The notes: a model not told the origin generated them from the letters alone. A DNA stretch of 64,000 nucleotides from Octopus vulgaris (GCA_951406725.2 OX597824.1:15748001-15812000); one strand, 5' to 3'; shown: positions 29,376 through 42,945, counted from the first letter of the stretch. Numbers and translations are program-made.

Positions 29376-30021
29376 GATCATGAAGTTAAAATTGTCAAGA
29401 TAAATAGCGTAATTATAATTGGTAGACTATGAATTAACAGCGTAAAGATATCAATGATTAATATGTTTGTAAATCAACAAATAAATGTATAATTAAAAAA
29501 TTGTAAATATTAGATTAAAATCATAAATTATGAAAAGTTTATTCCATTAAAATTACGACTATATTATATATTTGATTATAAAAGAACACAAATTATTAAG
29601 AATTATACATACATTAAAGAAATAACGAAGTTGGAATTTGCTTGACAGGCTCTGTTGAAAACGTACAGAGAGAGAATTTACGTTATTGATGGAAGACTTA
29701 ATGTGTCTCGCATTTTAAGACCACATCTGATCCTCGCGAGCATTTAATGGATACGACTCAGCTGAAATATTTATGCAGGATCACTGCCCTCGGGATAGAT
29801 TACTCTCTTTGCTCCTGGCCCTTAAAGAAAGATCATGCACATTGGCTTCTTCGTCTGATTTTGTCGTTAAAAAAATAAAGAAAATATGAAGTATAAAAAC
29901 GTGGTTTTCAGGAATGAAATAAATTATTTTTAATTTGCAAAAGCAAAAGAAAAACAAAGAAATAAAATTTGAAGAACTAAAATAGGGAATGAGAAAGAAA
30001 TCCAGAACTTCAGGGCATTTC

Positions 30022-30400
30022 TTCTGCTTGTTTCATTCGTTGGACAACGGCCATGCTGGGGCATCGCCTTGAAGGATCTAGACGAACATATCCACCCAAG
30101 TACTTAATTTTTAAAGTTTGTTACTTAGTCTATCAGTCTTTTTTTGCCGGGACGCTAAGTTACGGGGACGTATACAAACCAACTCTGGTTGTCAAGTGTT
30201 GTTAGTCGTGGTGGGAAAACACAGACACAGCGACACACACATATGGGGCAGGTTTCCACACAGTTTCCCTCTACCAAAATCAATTCACATAGCATTGGTC
30301 GGGGATATAGTAAAAGACACTTGCCCAAGGCAACACACCTTGGGATTGAACGCAAAACCCAATGGTTGGAAAGCGAGCTTCTTAACTGTACAGCTATACT
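30022..30400 (-). mobile_element. diverged SINE family B
   Basis: GGCCATGCTGGGGCA, TAAGTTACGGGGACG and GACACTTGCCCAAGG landmarks. Confidence 0.8.
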
Positions 30401-31639
30401 TGCCCCCCACCCCTATACAAGGAAGAAAGAACAGAAAATTCATCCTAAATATATAACAAAAAAAAGGGAAAAAATAAAAATAAAAATAAAAAGAAAATGC
30501 CTACAGCAGGAAAGTTCGAAAAGGATACATTAATTTGATTTATCCATATATGTAATTACTGGCAACAGAAATATTTCTTGGTGTTGATAAAATTCCAAGC
30601 TTCTCCCCGAAAATTAAAAAAATTGAGTACAAATTACTTGTAATGAATTTTGAAAATTATTTTCTGAGAGCGGAAGTTAACACATGAATAGTTTAGAAGT
30701 GTTAGTAGGTGAGTCATAATTGGTAGGTCTGAAAGCATAGATGAATCGAAAAATTTCAGATTTATCGCCTTATTACCTATCTATCAAATACATGCCTTTC
30801 GCATCACCTTTGTGTATCTTGGAGATAAAGTGTAGCCGAAAGTAAGTGACGTATGGGAGTATCTAAACGGATACCAGGCAATCGGTTGTAGTCGTAAGGA
30901 AGAAGAATTCTTCAAGAGATATAAGTTCTAATGCGAAAATTGTGTACTTGACCGATAGGTGATAAGGTGATAAATTTGAGTGTTGTAGATTGTTCTTTGA
31001 TATAATATCTGCCAATGACTATTGTGTTGCTAACACATCTCATCTGTTCTAATTTTATCGCTTGTTCTTGGAAAATAATTTCCAAAGCTCTATACAATTT
31101 GCCCTCAATTTATTAAATTCTCCAGCCAATGTTTCTAGCTGACATAAATACCTGAAGAATTTGAGTTAATGTATTTTTGATTGACTTTGTTGCTGTGGGT
31201 TTAGAAAACGTAGCTTTAACACAATATAAATTTATCATTATACCATATGTGAGACATTGGCTGCAGAGCAGCTCGAATACGAAATAAAACAAAAATTAAT
31301 CAACAGTATTATGATCAATTTAAACCTGTACTCTTGATAGAACTAAAATCTAGAATCAAATTATCAGACATTAATGTTCTAGCCGTGCCAATCACAAACT
31401 ATATATTTAATTAAATAAATTGGAATGGGAACAAATTAATAAAGCCAAGGAAAAAATAGCAGATTGATGCCAACATTTATAAATCAGCTGAATAAAAGCA
31501 GAAATTTTCAAATGACGGCTGGCTGGAGCATTTTTATACGAAGCATATATAATGTGTACCATGTTTTCGCTAATTGTGTCAGGTGCCTGTGTAGGCGCGA
31601 TTAGACATAGCCACTCTTTTTACTCCCTCACCTTTGATC

Positions 31640-31840
31640 CAATGAAACAACCAGAATGTGACACCTGGCGAGGGAAAAAAACTTCATCTGTCTTCGGCCG
31701 GTGCTCTCACTGCAGTGGTGGAGACTGAAGCAGGGTGAGTGAAAAGCCTTGCTCAAGGAGACGCGCAATGCATGGTGCGGATGTTGATGCTTGGGATGCA
31801 AACCTGGAAGATGTTGAATGCCACAACACATACATAACCA
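31640..31840 (-). mobile_element. old SINE-like fragment
   Basis: Minus strand GTCTCCTTGAGCAAGGCTTTTCACTCACCCTGCTTCAGTC resembles SINE central domains. Confidence 0.4.
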
Positions 31841-32092
31841 CAACACATTACTAGTTTGATATTAACAGTTAAGAAAAAATGAACTATAAAGAGCATGAGA
31901 CAGGTAGGTATATATGATATAGAGAAGATGGTGGAGAGGAAGGATTTGCAAAGGTAAGGAAAACTAGAACTAAAAGAATATCGAGAGAGAGGGAGAGAGA
32001 GACAGAGGGAGAGAGAGAAGTTGGTATGTAGAAGCATTATAGCATTTGCATATTAAGTATTCAGTGGGAATTTCAGTGTGTAGCAAACCCCA

Positions 32093-32096
32093 CCAT

Positions 32097-32155
<59 letters not shown>

Positions 32156-32624
32156 TTACTACTACTATTGCTGCTGCTGTTGCTTTTGCTGCTGCTGCTG
32201 CTGCTGCTGCTATTATCACCAGCGTCATCGCCACCGCCACCGCTACCGCCAAGAACAACACTACTACCACCACAACGGTCACTATTTCTACAGCTAATCT
32301 AACTAGAAATATCACCTTCAAAACCACCACTCCTCTTTCTCTTCCTCTTTACCCCCTTCTCCTTCCTCCTCCCCTTTCCCTCTCTTCCTCCTCCTTTTCC
32401 CCTCTCCTCCCATCCTCCTGCCTCTCCTCTCCCCATCTCTCCCTACATTCCTCCTCTCCTCCTCTCTCCTCTGTCTCCCCTCCTCCCCTCTCCTTCTCTC
32501 CATTTCATCCTCCCCTCTCCTTCTCTCTATTTCCCCCTTCCCTCTCCTGCCCATTTCCTCCTCCCCTCTCATCCTCACTTGCCTCCTCCTCTTTCTCCTC
32601 CTCCTCCTCCTCCTCCTCCTCCTC

Positions 32625-32665
<41 letters not shown>
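32093..32665. repeat. triplet repeats plus a ~300-bp polypyrimidine tract (32330-32625)
   Basis: (TAC)n, (TGC)n, a C/T-rich tract, then (CTA)n. Confidence 0.92.
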
Positions 32666-32666
<1 letters not shown>

Positions 32667-32894
32667 ATTCCGATGATGATCATGATGCCACAATGAACCG
32701 GTAAAATGAGGTATTGAGAACCCTTTTGGTCATGGACAAATACCAAACTTCGTCGTTCGGTTTAACGTCGCCGCCTGATCCTTGCTTGCCTTTAGCAGTG
32801 TCTGCTCTGTCGGAAGTATTCGGTTTCAGGATAACCGCTTTTTTTCCTCTCTTGAGTCTCAGAGATCTTAGAAAGAGCTGTGCGCACAGTATTC

Positions 32895-33000
32895 TCCCGG
32901 TATCTACATATCAAATTTCAGCGCAATCGGATGGAGGATGCCCGAGATCCTAGAAGACACACACACACAGACAGACAGAACTGATTTTATATAATAGAGA
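32895..33000 (-). mobile_element. Helitron-like 5' end, second family
   Basis: Minus strand A|TCTCTATTATATAAAATCAG followed by (TCTG)/(TG) repeats, the same layout as the 3201 end. Confidence 0.5.
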
Positions 33001-33013
33001 TATATATGTGTGT

Positions 33014-33056
<43 letters not shown>

Positions 33057-33059
<3 letters not shown>

Positions 33060-33412
33060 ATGCGCATGGCTTAGTGACTGGCGTATTAGACTCATGACCG
33101 TAAGATAGTGGTTTCGTTTCATGGACCGGGCGATGTGCTGCATCTTTGAGCAAAACACTTCATTTCACGTTCTTCCACTCCACTCAGACGATAAGAACGA
33201 GTAATAATGTTGTTGGGCCACATTACTGCCTAAGGAGCGTTAGGCCGCCCTCCCGGTTTCTCTAGCGCACATATTCCCCGCTGGACGAGCCGGCGGTCTA
33301 TCACAGGATTACTCGGTCTTTCCGTCTGAAAGGAGTGGAGCAACGTGTATTGAAGTGTTTTGCTCTCAGAGATACAACGCATCGCCCGGTCCAGGAATCG
33401 AAACCACAATCT
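33057..33412. mobile_element. two opposed SINE group C fragments (33057-33200 +, ~33230-33412 -)
   Basis: Heads GGATGCGCATGGCTTAGTG and, in reverse complement, ATCGCCCGGTCCAGGAATCGAAACC. Confidence 0.7.
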
Positions 33413-33420
33413 TATATAGA

Positions 33421-33453
33421 GTAGATTTGGTAGACTGAAACTAGAAGCCCATC

Positions 33454-33496
<43 letters not shown>

Positions 33497-33778
33497 TGTT
33501 ATCGAACAGATTTTCGACGCCAGTGACTGTGTTTACAGTGAAAATCTATATATTTCTATAGAGGAAGTCCCTCAACGAAGAACGGTGCTTATGCGCTGAC
33601 GAGAGGCGACCACCTCGAACCGGTCCGTGTGTAGTATCCGTATCTTCGGGGATGATATAGCAAGGACATGATGGTGTCGGCTCTCCTGGTGACGTCTATA
33701 GTCGCCTGGGGCTAAATGCATCAGTAACACCCCCACCACCCCGCCCTGTCCCTAGCCACATTCAGATGGCTGGTCCCG

Positions 33779-33828
<50 letters not shown>

Positions 33829-33843
33829 CATATATATGTATAT

Positions 33844-33874
<31 letters not shown>

Positions 33875-33979
33875 TGTATATATATGTATATATATATGTA
33901 TATATATATATATATATATGAGGATGTATATGTATATGTGTATATATGTATATATATATATGTATATATATGTAGATGT

Positions 33980-34011
<32 letters not shown>

Positions 34012-34197
34012 GCGTGTGTGTGCGTATGTGTGTGTGTGTGTGTGTGTATGTTCGGCAAAAGAGACCGATAGAATAAGTAGTAGGCTTACAAAGAATAAAT
34101 CCTAGGATCGATTTTCTCAACTAAAGACGGTGCTTCAGCATGGCCACAGTCAAATGACTGAAACAAGCAAAAAAAAAAAAAATAAAAGAATAAAAGA
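33421..34197 (+). mobile_element. SINE family B remnant split by a nested insert (33490-33781)
   Basis: GATTTGGTAGACTGAAAC before the insert and GTTCGGCAAAAGAGACCG after it. Confidence 0.8.
33591..33630 (+). ncRNA. hammerhead motif missing one core A
   Basis: ATGCG CTGACGA GAGG cgacca CCTC GAA-C CG GTC^CGTGT. Confidence 0.6.
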
Positions 34198-34252
34198 AAT
34201 ATATATATATGTACACCCCCCACACACATACATTCATATATACACATATATG

Positions 34253-34420
34253 CAAAAGTTAAGGAATGGAGTAGATGAGATCCGGGCTAAAACAAGATAG
34301 CTTTGGCCTGAAAAGTATTCTACGGTATACACCACGCTTGGATATTTACCACTTCTGAGGTTCCGCTCGCTATAAAACATATGTAACCCGGATCTTATCT
34401 AATCCATTCCTTAACTCTTG
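34253..34420. mobile_element. 168-bp MITE
   Basis: ~37-bp TIRs: CAAAAGTTAAGGAATGGAGTAGATGAGATCCGGG versus reverse complement CAAGAGTTAAGGAATGGATTAGATAAGATCCGGG. Confidence 0.8.
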
Positions 34421-34594
34421 TATTCCTTATTTGCACACCAGTCAACTCCGGTCGCCTTTGGGGAAATAAAAAAAAAAAAACCCACAACCTTCTGTCTCAA
34501 ATAAACCACTATTGTCGCTGAAAGATTTGTTTTTTATATTGATTATGGATTGCTTGAAGCTAACTTTCTTCCTACACCTCGATCCTTGGATCTT

Positions 34595-34632
<38 letters not shown>

Positions 34633-34663
34633 TTTTATTCTTTATAGAATTAAGAATAAAATC

Positions 34664-34895
34664 AGAGCGGTGAGCTGGCAGAAATGTTAGCACGCCGGGC
34701 GAAATGCTTAGCGGTATTTCGTCTGCCGCTACGTTCTGAGCTAAAATTCCGCCGAGGTCGACTTTGCGTTTCATCCTTTCGGGTCGATAAATTAATTACC
34801 AGTTACATACTAGGGTCGATCTAATCGACTTAATCCCTTTGACTGTCCTTGTTTGTCCCCTCTATGTTTAACCCCTTGTGAGCAATAAAAAAAAG
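34664..34895 (+). mobile_element. SINE family A
   Basis: Full-length match to other copies. Confidence 0.9.
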
Positions 34896-35017
34896 AATTA
34901 AGAATAAAATCACTTTAATGATATTATCAAGTTGTCAGCGTGAAATAAAAATCTTATAGGTAATATTATATACTAAATTTATAACTACATACATAATTAT
35001 GTTAAACAGATCGTATT

Positions 35018-35230
35018 GTTTTCTACTCTAGGCACAAGGCCTGAAATTTTGGGAGAGGGGGTCAGTCGATTAAATCGACCCCAGTACGCAACAGGTACTT
35101 AATTTATCGACCCCGAAAGGATGAAAGGCAAAGTCGACCTCGGCGGAATTTGAACTCAGAACGTAAAGACAGACGAAATACTGCTAAGTAATTCGCCCGG
35201 CGTGCTAACGTTCCTACCAGTTCGCCGCCT
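35018..35230 (-). mobile_element. SINE family A (alternative tail)
   Basis: Reverse-complement match; tail-to-tail with the preceding copy. Confidence 0.9.
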
Positions 35231-35385
35231 TTTAAAGGGATCGTATTACCCGCTTCAACACGCTAGATATAGATACCAAATGGCTCTAAAAACTAGCTTA
35301 CTACTACTTCAGCACAGATTGCAAACGGACAGATGATTTATTTATTATTCTTCATCTGCCCGTTTACAATCTGTGCTGGAGTAGC

Positions 35386-35449
<64 letters not shown>

Positions 35450-35605
35450 TGAAACGAAACGAAAACGAATCGAATCGACGCGAGGGCGCTCAGTCATACA
35501 ATAGTGTAATAAATAAAATATATGCATACGTACATACATATATGTACGTACCTACATCTACATGTATATATACATGCATATATAAATATTTATATGTGAG
35601 TACAG

Positions 35606-35933
35606 TGAGGGCGCGTGGCTTAGTGGTTAGGGCATTCAGCTCATGATCGTAAGGTTGTGAGTTCGATTCCCGGCGACGCGTTGTGTCCTTGAGCAAGACA
35701 CTTTATTTCACGTTGCTCCAGTCCACTCAGCTGGCAAAAATGAGTTATACTTGTATTTCAAAGGGTCAGCCTTGTCACTCTCTGTGCCACGCTGATTATC
35801 CCCGAGAACTACGTTAAGGGTACACGTGTCTGTGGAATGCTCAGCCATTTGCACGTTAATTTCACGAGCAAGCTGTTCCGTTGATCGTATCAGCTGGGAC
35901 CCTCGTCGTCGTAACCGGCGGAGTCTTTTTAAC
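35606..35933 (+). mobile_element. full-length SINE group C with 10-bp TSD
   Basis: A box TGGCTTAGTGG, B box GAGTTCGATTCC; GTGAGTACAG duplicated at 35596-35605 and 35934-35943; interrupts an element related to 40010-40260. Confidence 0.93.
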
Positions 35934-36576
35934 GTGAGTACAGGACACCACAAATAGACGTAGAACTCAACGAGAAACGAAAACGTAAAAACAAACGTGG
36001 AAACGGACCTAAACGAAAAAAACAGAGTACAAGACAAACAACACAGGGAAAAATCCCCTTCATCAGCTGTCCCTAGTTCAACTCCCCCACGAGATTACTG
36101 GCCTAGTGATAACACTTGAGACAAATATATCATTTTATACAAATTTTTCATTCTACTGTTAGTTTAAGGTCGCCCTTCTCATTTAGCATTCAAAGATTTA
36201 TTGTTTCTTAAAAGAACCCTTTTATTTATAACAACCGAATGCTTAAAAACCCACATCCACTCATTCACACAAACATCTCACTCTCACACACTCGCATATA
36301 TATATATACACGCACACATTACTAAAACACTTTCACGCATGCGTAGTTATCCACTCCAGGCTAGTGTGTGTTTTTGTTCTTTTTTGTTTTTGTTTTCGTG
36401 AGTGTAAAGAATAACTAGAAAATACAGATTATTGAACAACGCTATTAGCAATTAACTAATGATGTTAATCTGATTGGCTGCTTAATTCGACTCATTCTGT
36501 CGACACAACTCTGACTGCACTTTAATTTCGTTTCGCTAAATCCCTTGCTCCTTTCTCAACCCTAAATACTATCAGC

Positions 36577-37108
<532 letters not shown>

Positions 37109-37111
37109 AAT

Positions 37112-37668
37112 ATACCCTGATGCAGTACCAGACAGTGGCTCTCATGGCTTCTCATCTTAACTGATTGGAAGTGTTATCATATGCATTGTTTTGTCTTGGT
37201 GTAAAAGATGGGCTACAGCAAATATTCTGCTCAATACCACAGATTTGCTTGTCAGTTGTTTGACCTTAACCAGTTGAGCATGTCCCTTAGTGGCTGACGA
37301 TATGTGCATCTCTGACCACGAGCAGAAGTTTTGGGGGAGCATCGTAGCCATGTGTTGAGAGGGATTCTTTGGGGTTTGAATAATTCACCTCTGGAAACAT
37401 GGGTGTTTCGTTTAACATCCTTAAACAACTCTTATTCAGGGACCATTTGAGCGGGATGGGTTACTGGACCAGAAGAAAATTCTAACTGGGCCCCACCTGC
37501 AAGGTCATGTGCTGTTTATCTTGATATGAGATTACCATATCGCGCACATATGGTTGTGATGCATGTGCCTGGTGTACCCTTATCAGACGGGTAGTCATGA
37601 TGGGTATACTGGGTCTTGTATATTTTACCACAGTGTCACTTTGATGGCATGCACTGCTCTCTCACTCA
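37112..37668 (+). mobile_element. ~555-bp element inserted in (AAT)n
   Basis: GC-richer block with AAT repeats on both sides; no ORF. Confidence 0.55.
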
Positions 37669-37683
37669 ATAATAATAATAATA

Positions 37684-37899
37684 GTCGATAGATGTAACAG
37701 GTTAGCTTGGGATGTTAATTAGTTGTGGTCTCTGAAAAAGGTAGTAGTTGTATCAATGATTGTCGGAGCCCTGGGTACAGTGAGCAAAAATCTCGAGATG
37801 TACGTGGAACAAATAGGGGCACCAATAAGGTTGAGGCACTTGCAGAAAACAGCACTGCTTAGGACCGCTCGAATACTCCGGATGGTGCTCGAAAAATAA
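37684..37899 (+). pseudogene. C-terminus of an R4/Dong-type (RLE) non-LTR retrotransposon ORF
   Basis: Translates to LAWDVN*LWSLKKVVVVSMIVGALGTVSKNLEMYVEQIGAPIRLRHLQKTALLRTARILRMVLEK*, matching the GALG and LQKTALLGTARILR signature; one internal stop. Confidence 0.85.
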
Positions 37900-38518
37900 A
37901 GGATGTTGCCTTAGTTCACTGATAGTTTTAAACATTGGTCCTTCCCAGTAAAACAGGAATCAAAAGGACCCAAAAGTAAAGAATGGTTGAGAAGAACTGA
38001 TCTAGGTTAGAGTTCGGTTTGCAAGAGGTAGCAGCTGCATCTCCCTCAAATCTCATTTTACCTTCTTAAAATTAAACAAAAATATCCTCGATGTAACAAA
38101 AAAGACAGGATGGCCAAACTTGGAACGTCTTAGGTCATGGGTCAGTTAAATCAGTGCAGGTTTGGTATGTACTAACAACAACAACAACTAGCAAAATATT
38201 CATCCTTAACGCTGAGTCCCATGTAATCACCGAATCAACAACACCAACGGTAGGTAACAACAACAGCAGCAACAACAAAACACCCTGTTAAAAGAAACAA
38301 AGGACAAGGAAGCAACAACTTCCGTCGTTTAGGGCTCTAATCCCTTTTAAAATGGGCTGAAAACCTGTAATTTGTCCTAGCGTCACTTGATCATAGAATT
38401 TCGGAGAATCAGGTGAATTTTAGCAGCAACTTTTTAATGTGTGTTATTAGGAAACCACTGATGCGTATCAGTGTGGGCACAACAATGGACGCCGCCGCCG
38501 CCGCCGCCACCACCACCG

Positions 38519-38583
<65 letters not shown>

Positions 38584-38804
38584 GTTAGCAACAGATACAT
38601 CAGCGCTAAAAGAGGTAACAATGCTCTTTATTCAAATATTGTTTTCATCGTTATAGTTAACATTCTTGGTTCATTGTAATAGGGGAGCAGATTTGGACGG
38701 AAGGGTGGTGGGTATGGTGTACCCACGCATGTATGTATGTATGTATGTATGTATGTATGTATGTATGTATGTATGTATGTATGTATGTATGTATGTATGT
38801 ATCA

Positions 38805-38842
<38 letters not shown>

Positions 38843-38918
38843 GGTGTGTAGCGTGATTTGATGTCTGTATGAGTGTGATAGCGAAAGAATAACACAAATG
38901 GACTCTGATGAATGCAAA

Positions 38919-38986
<68 letters not shown>

Positions 38987-39134
38987 CGTATATATGGACG
39001 TATATAACAATACCTAACTTTATATATATATATATATATATATACATGCATGTATATATGAATCTATACATATATATATATGCATGCATATATATATATA
39101 TATATATTTATATATATTCATATGTATTTCTATG

Positions 39135-39182
<48 letters not shown>

Positions 39183-39189
39183 ATTTAGG

Positions 39190-39572
39190 TAGAGACGTGG
39201 CTCTGTGGTAAGAAGCTTGATTCACAACCACATGGTATCAGCTTCAGTTCCGCTGCGTGGTACCTTCGGCAAATGTCTTCTACCATAGCCTCGGGTAGAC
39301 CAAAGCCTTGTGAGCGGATTTGGTAGACGGACAACTGAAAGAAGCATATCGTGTGTATATATGTATATATATATGTGTGTGTGTGTGTTTGACCTTCATC
39401 ACCGCTCGACAGCCAGTGTTGGTGTGTTTATGTTCCCCTAACATAGCTGTTCGACAAAAGGTTCCGATGGAACAAGTACCAAGCTTTAAAAATAAACCCG
39501 GGGTTGATTTGTGCGACTAAAAGGCAGTGCTCCAGCATGGCCGCAGTCACATGACTGAAACAAATAAAAGAA
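39190..39572 (+). mobile_element. SINE family B
   Basis: Family landmarks present. Confidence 0.85.
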
Positions 39573-40254
39573 AGAATGTGTGTGTGTGTATATATACAGG
39601 TCAGGTATGTATCTATATGTGTGTGTATATATATACACACACATATACATACATACCTGACCCTCCTGCTGTTCAAGATCCCAGACAACGGTAAGAAACT
39701 CAAAAGAGACCAGCAATGTCGGACACCCTTCTCCACTAAAACCCAAAAGCATTAGAATGGCCACTGAAAAAAATATAGTAACACTGGCTGTCCCCAGCAT
39801 GGCCACACTCCTTGGGCTAAAAGACTAATATATATATATATATATATATAGCCCTTCTTGTTTGTGTTACTGTTATTCTCCTTGTCCTGTCTTTTACTGT
39901 TTATATTTTGTACTGTCGTTACTGTCCTGTTTTTGTTACCATTTTTACTCCTCCGCAAAAAAAATCTCAAATTTTATTTAATTTGATTTTCGCGGGAAGG
40001 ATTCTTTCATTAAAGTCATGTATCGCCTTGACCTTCGAAACGTGGAGTAGATGAAACAAAGGCGACTGAAGAATGGGAATTTTCCTTGTTTTGTATGTCC
40101 TGTTCTCTATTATTTCGTTGTTTAAGAAAAATGTCCATTTCCTTGGTTTTGTGTTTATGTTTTCGTTTCTCATTGTGTTCGACGTTTTTTTTGTGTCCTG
40201 TATATATACATGTAGAGGTAGGAACGTACATATATGTATGTATATATGCATATG

Positions 40255-40318
<64 letters not shown>

Positions 40319-40414
40319 TATATACAAAGTATGGGAGTTTAGTTCACCGGTGATCTAAACGATTAGGTACGCTAGGTAAGTGCTGTAATGGATTACCAGA
40401 GACGAACTACCTAT

Positions 40415-40643
40415 CTCTTTACTACCCACAAGGGGATAAACACAGAGAGGACAAACAAAGACAGACAAACAGATTAAGTCGATTATATCGACCCCAGTGC
40501 GTAACTGGTACTTATTTAATCGACCCCGAAAGGATGAAAGGCAAAGTCGACCTCAGCGGAATTTGAACTCAGAACGTAGCAGCAGACGAAATACGGCTAC
40601 GCATTTCGCCCGGCGTGCTAACGTTTCTGCCAGCTCGCCGCCT
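40415..40643 (-). mobile_element. SINE family A
   Basis: Full reverse-complement match. Confidence 0.92.
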
Positions 40644-40796
40644 TCTCCAGACGAATACCGCTGCTTGAAAAGCTTTCAACAATATATCTGCACTAAGTAT
40701 GACATACAAAGTGATATTTTCATCTCTAATAACTAATATGTACACGCTCGCGCGCACACACATATAGCTATCTATCTATCTATCTATCTATCTATA

Positions 40797-40855
<59 letters not shown>

Positions 40856-40860
40856 ATACA

Positions 40861-40929
<69 letters not shown>

Positions 40930-40937
<8 letters not shown>

Positions 40938-41191
40938 CTGTGTGAGTGCCTTCGTACGTGTCAACGTGTGCTTGCTTATATATTATATTCCAAAGATAAC
41001 TAAAAGTCGGAAGTGTTGGAGATTTGAAAGAAGATATTTTCAAATAACAGACATTTGTTGTTAAGTTATGCACCATAGAAGTTTCTATAATCCTTCATGA
41101 ATCTAGTGGAACGGTTTGCTCTAAGGTAACTGTTATTAAATTAAATACTAATTAATCGCCACAGAACATTGATATAAGCTGTCTGAAAATA
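40930..41191. repeat. segment duplicated in inverted orientation at 45164-45428
   Basis: High identity to the reverse complement of 45164-45428. Confidence 0.9.
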
Positions 41192-41311
41192 AAATGAATT
41201 GAAAGATTTGCAAAACACATGGGAAATCAAAGGAAAATATACGCATACGTCTGCATTTTTGCTTGTTGTCTTTTACTCATTTCTATGCATAATCACATAC
41301 ACATGCTTACA

Positions 41312-41464
<153 letters not shown>

Positions 41465-41501
41465 GTCTGTGTCCTTTCTCTCTCTCTCTCTCTCCCTTTC
41501 T

Positions 41502-41532
<31 letters not shown>

Positions 41533-41542
<10 letters not shown>

Positions 41543-41742
41543 TATAGAAGGAGCTTCTACAGGACTAGTACTGTTTCATTCAAGAGAAATCTTCAGGAAG
41601 CTTCCTGAAGATTTCTCTTGATTTCTCTTGAATGAAACAGTACTAGTCCTGTAGAAACTCCTTCTATATAATAAATTAATTTTACTCTGCTATGTATTGA
41701 GTACCTTACTTACTGTGGTTAACCCCGAATCAACCCGGGACC

Positions 41743-41746
<4 letters not shown>
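41533..41746 (+). mobile_element. second palindromic double-hammerhead element
   Basis: Palindrome 41533-41678 centred on AAGCTT (41598-41603); CTGAAGA core on both strands; 10-nt duplication in the right arm. Confidence 0.85.
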
Positions 41747-41775
<29 letters not shown>

Positions 41776-41777
<2 letters not shown>

Positions 41778-42040
41778 CGGGAAGCTTTATGAAAATAAAC
41801 AAAAGACGAAGGCAGGGGGAATACAAACAAACAAATGTATTAGTATGGCGCTCAGGAATATAAATAAAACAAGTCTTTTACGTTTCGAGCCTACGCTCTT
41901 CAACAGAAAGATACACAGAAAAGAAACACGGAGAGAAACAAGGAGAGAAAAAAAATGCGTGCAGAAGCTAGCGAATCAACATGGCGATCTGATTCCGGCC
42001 AGAGCCATTCGGTTGCGGTCATGCTGGAACACCAGCGTGA
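41776..42040 (-). mobile_element. TA-inserted element with variant hammerhead (41874-41911)
   Basis: Same motif as 14151-14188. Confidence 0.75.
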
Positions 42041-42111
42041 AATATACATGTATATAGAACCCTATAGCGGGGGTACGTACGGTCTCTCTTCCTACAACCA
42101 TAGAGGACAGA

Positions 42112-42376
42112 CATAGGTCAGGAAACAGGGGGTGCAGGGCTTCAAGCGCACCTCCTAAACATTTGTGGTTGTGCAAAATCAAAATCTGAACCCTACTTAT
42201 TTTTCTCGGGTTTAGAAAACTGCTTTAAAATGTGATTTGTAAATAGTAGCTTGGGGTTAGGTTTCTTCTCAAAGAATAAAGAACATAAAGAAAATAAAAC
42301 AATAAAACCTTGTATAGAAAAAAAACTTTGGACCTATGTTTGCACTCCCTGAGCAAATTTCATTCCCGAGCCAGTG
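42112..42376. mobile_element. possible hAT-type MITE
   Basis: Degenerate TIRs CATAGGTCAGGAA / TTCCCGAGCCAGTG; 8-bp flanks AGGACAGA / TGGGCAGA match 6 of 8. Confidence 0.35.
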
Positions 42377-42945
42377 TGGGCAGAGATGATGGATAGAAGT
42401 TTGTAATTGTGGAGTTATTGTAACTGGCAATCTATGTTTAGATGAATGGTGATAAGGATAAAAAAAATAGATGTGATGGTTAGGTGAGGTATGAAGTTGT
42501 CGCTCAGTATTCTTGTGTGATGCAAAAAGAGATCAACTCGGTGTTAAAGTTCTCGATGCCGAGAGCACAGAAGATGGTACTCCTCTTTAAAAATAAATGC
42601 TGTTTGAGCTGAGTGTTTTTCTTTTTAATGAATTTAGGCTAGGTTGTATGATATATAGCTCTGTCAATAAGATACAAATTAAAGGAATGAAGATTGTCAG
42701 AGTGAATATGTGGTTTTAAATTCTTCTAAACAAAATTCCCTTAATATTTCTGAAGGAGTTTATATGTTGGCTATGGCGCAGTTTGAATGCATTAGAATAC
42801 AGTCGGATGCAATGGTTTTTCAGAAAAAGAATTTGTTTCTTTGAGGAAGTATATAATGATTTTGTGCAAGCATTTGGATGGCTACTTATCGCAGGTTCAG
42901 GTAGCGGAGGTTTGTTTTGAGAATGAAGTATTTCTCTCTCTCACA

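Noticed and set aside
35606-35680. tRNA-like sequences with A and B boxes
   Set aside because: SINE heads: no proper acceptor stem, and they continue into SINE bodies with a TSD.
38484-38614. ATG plus poly-A/T codons ending at AG|GTAACA, a possible small exon
   Set aside because: Pure (GCC)(ACC)(ACT) repeats with no complex coding content.
40030-40085. CGAAACGTG and CTGAAGA, plus CTGATGAAGGGG on - at 36055-36067, as hammerheads
   Set aside because: Core halves are in the wrong order or lack a partner, and helices could not be closed.
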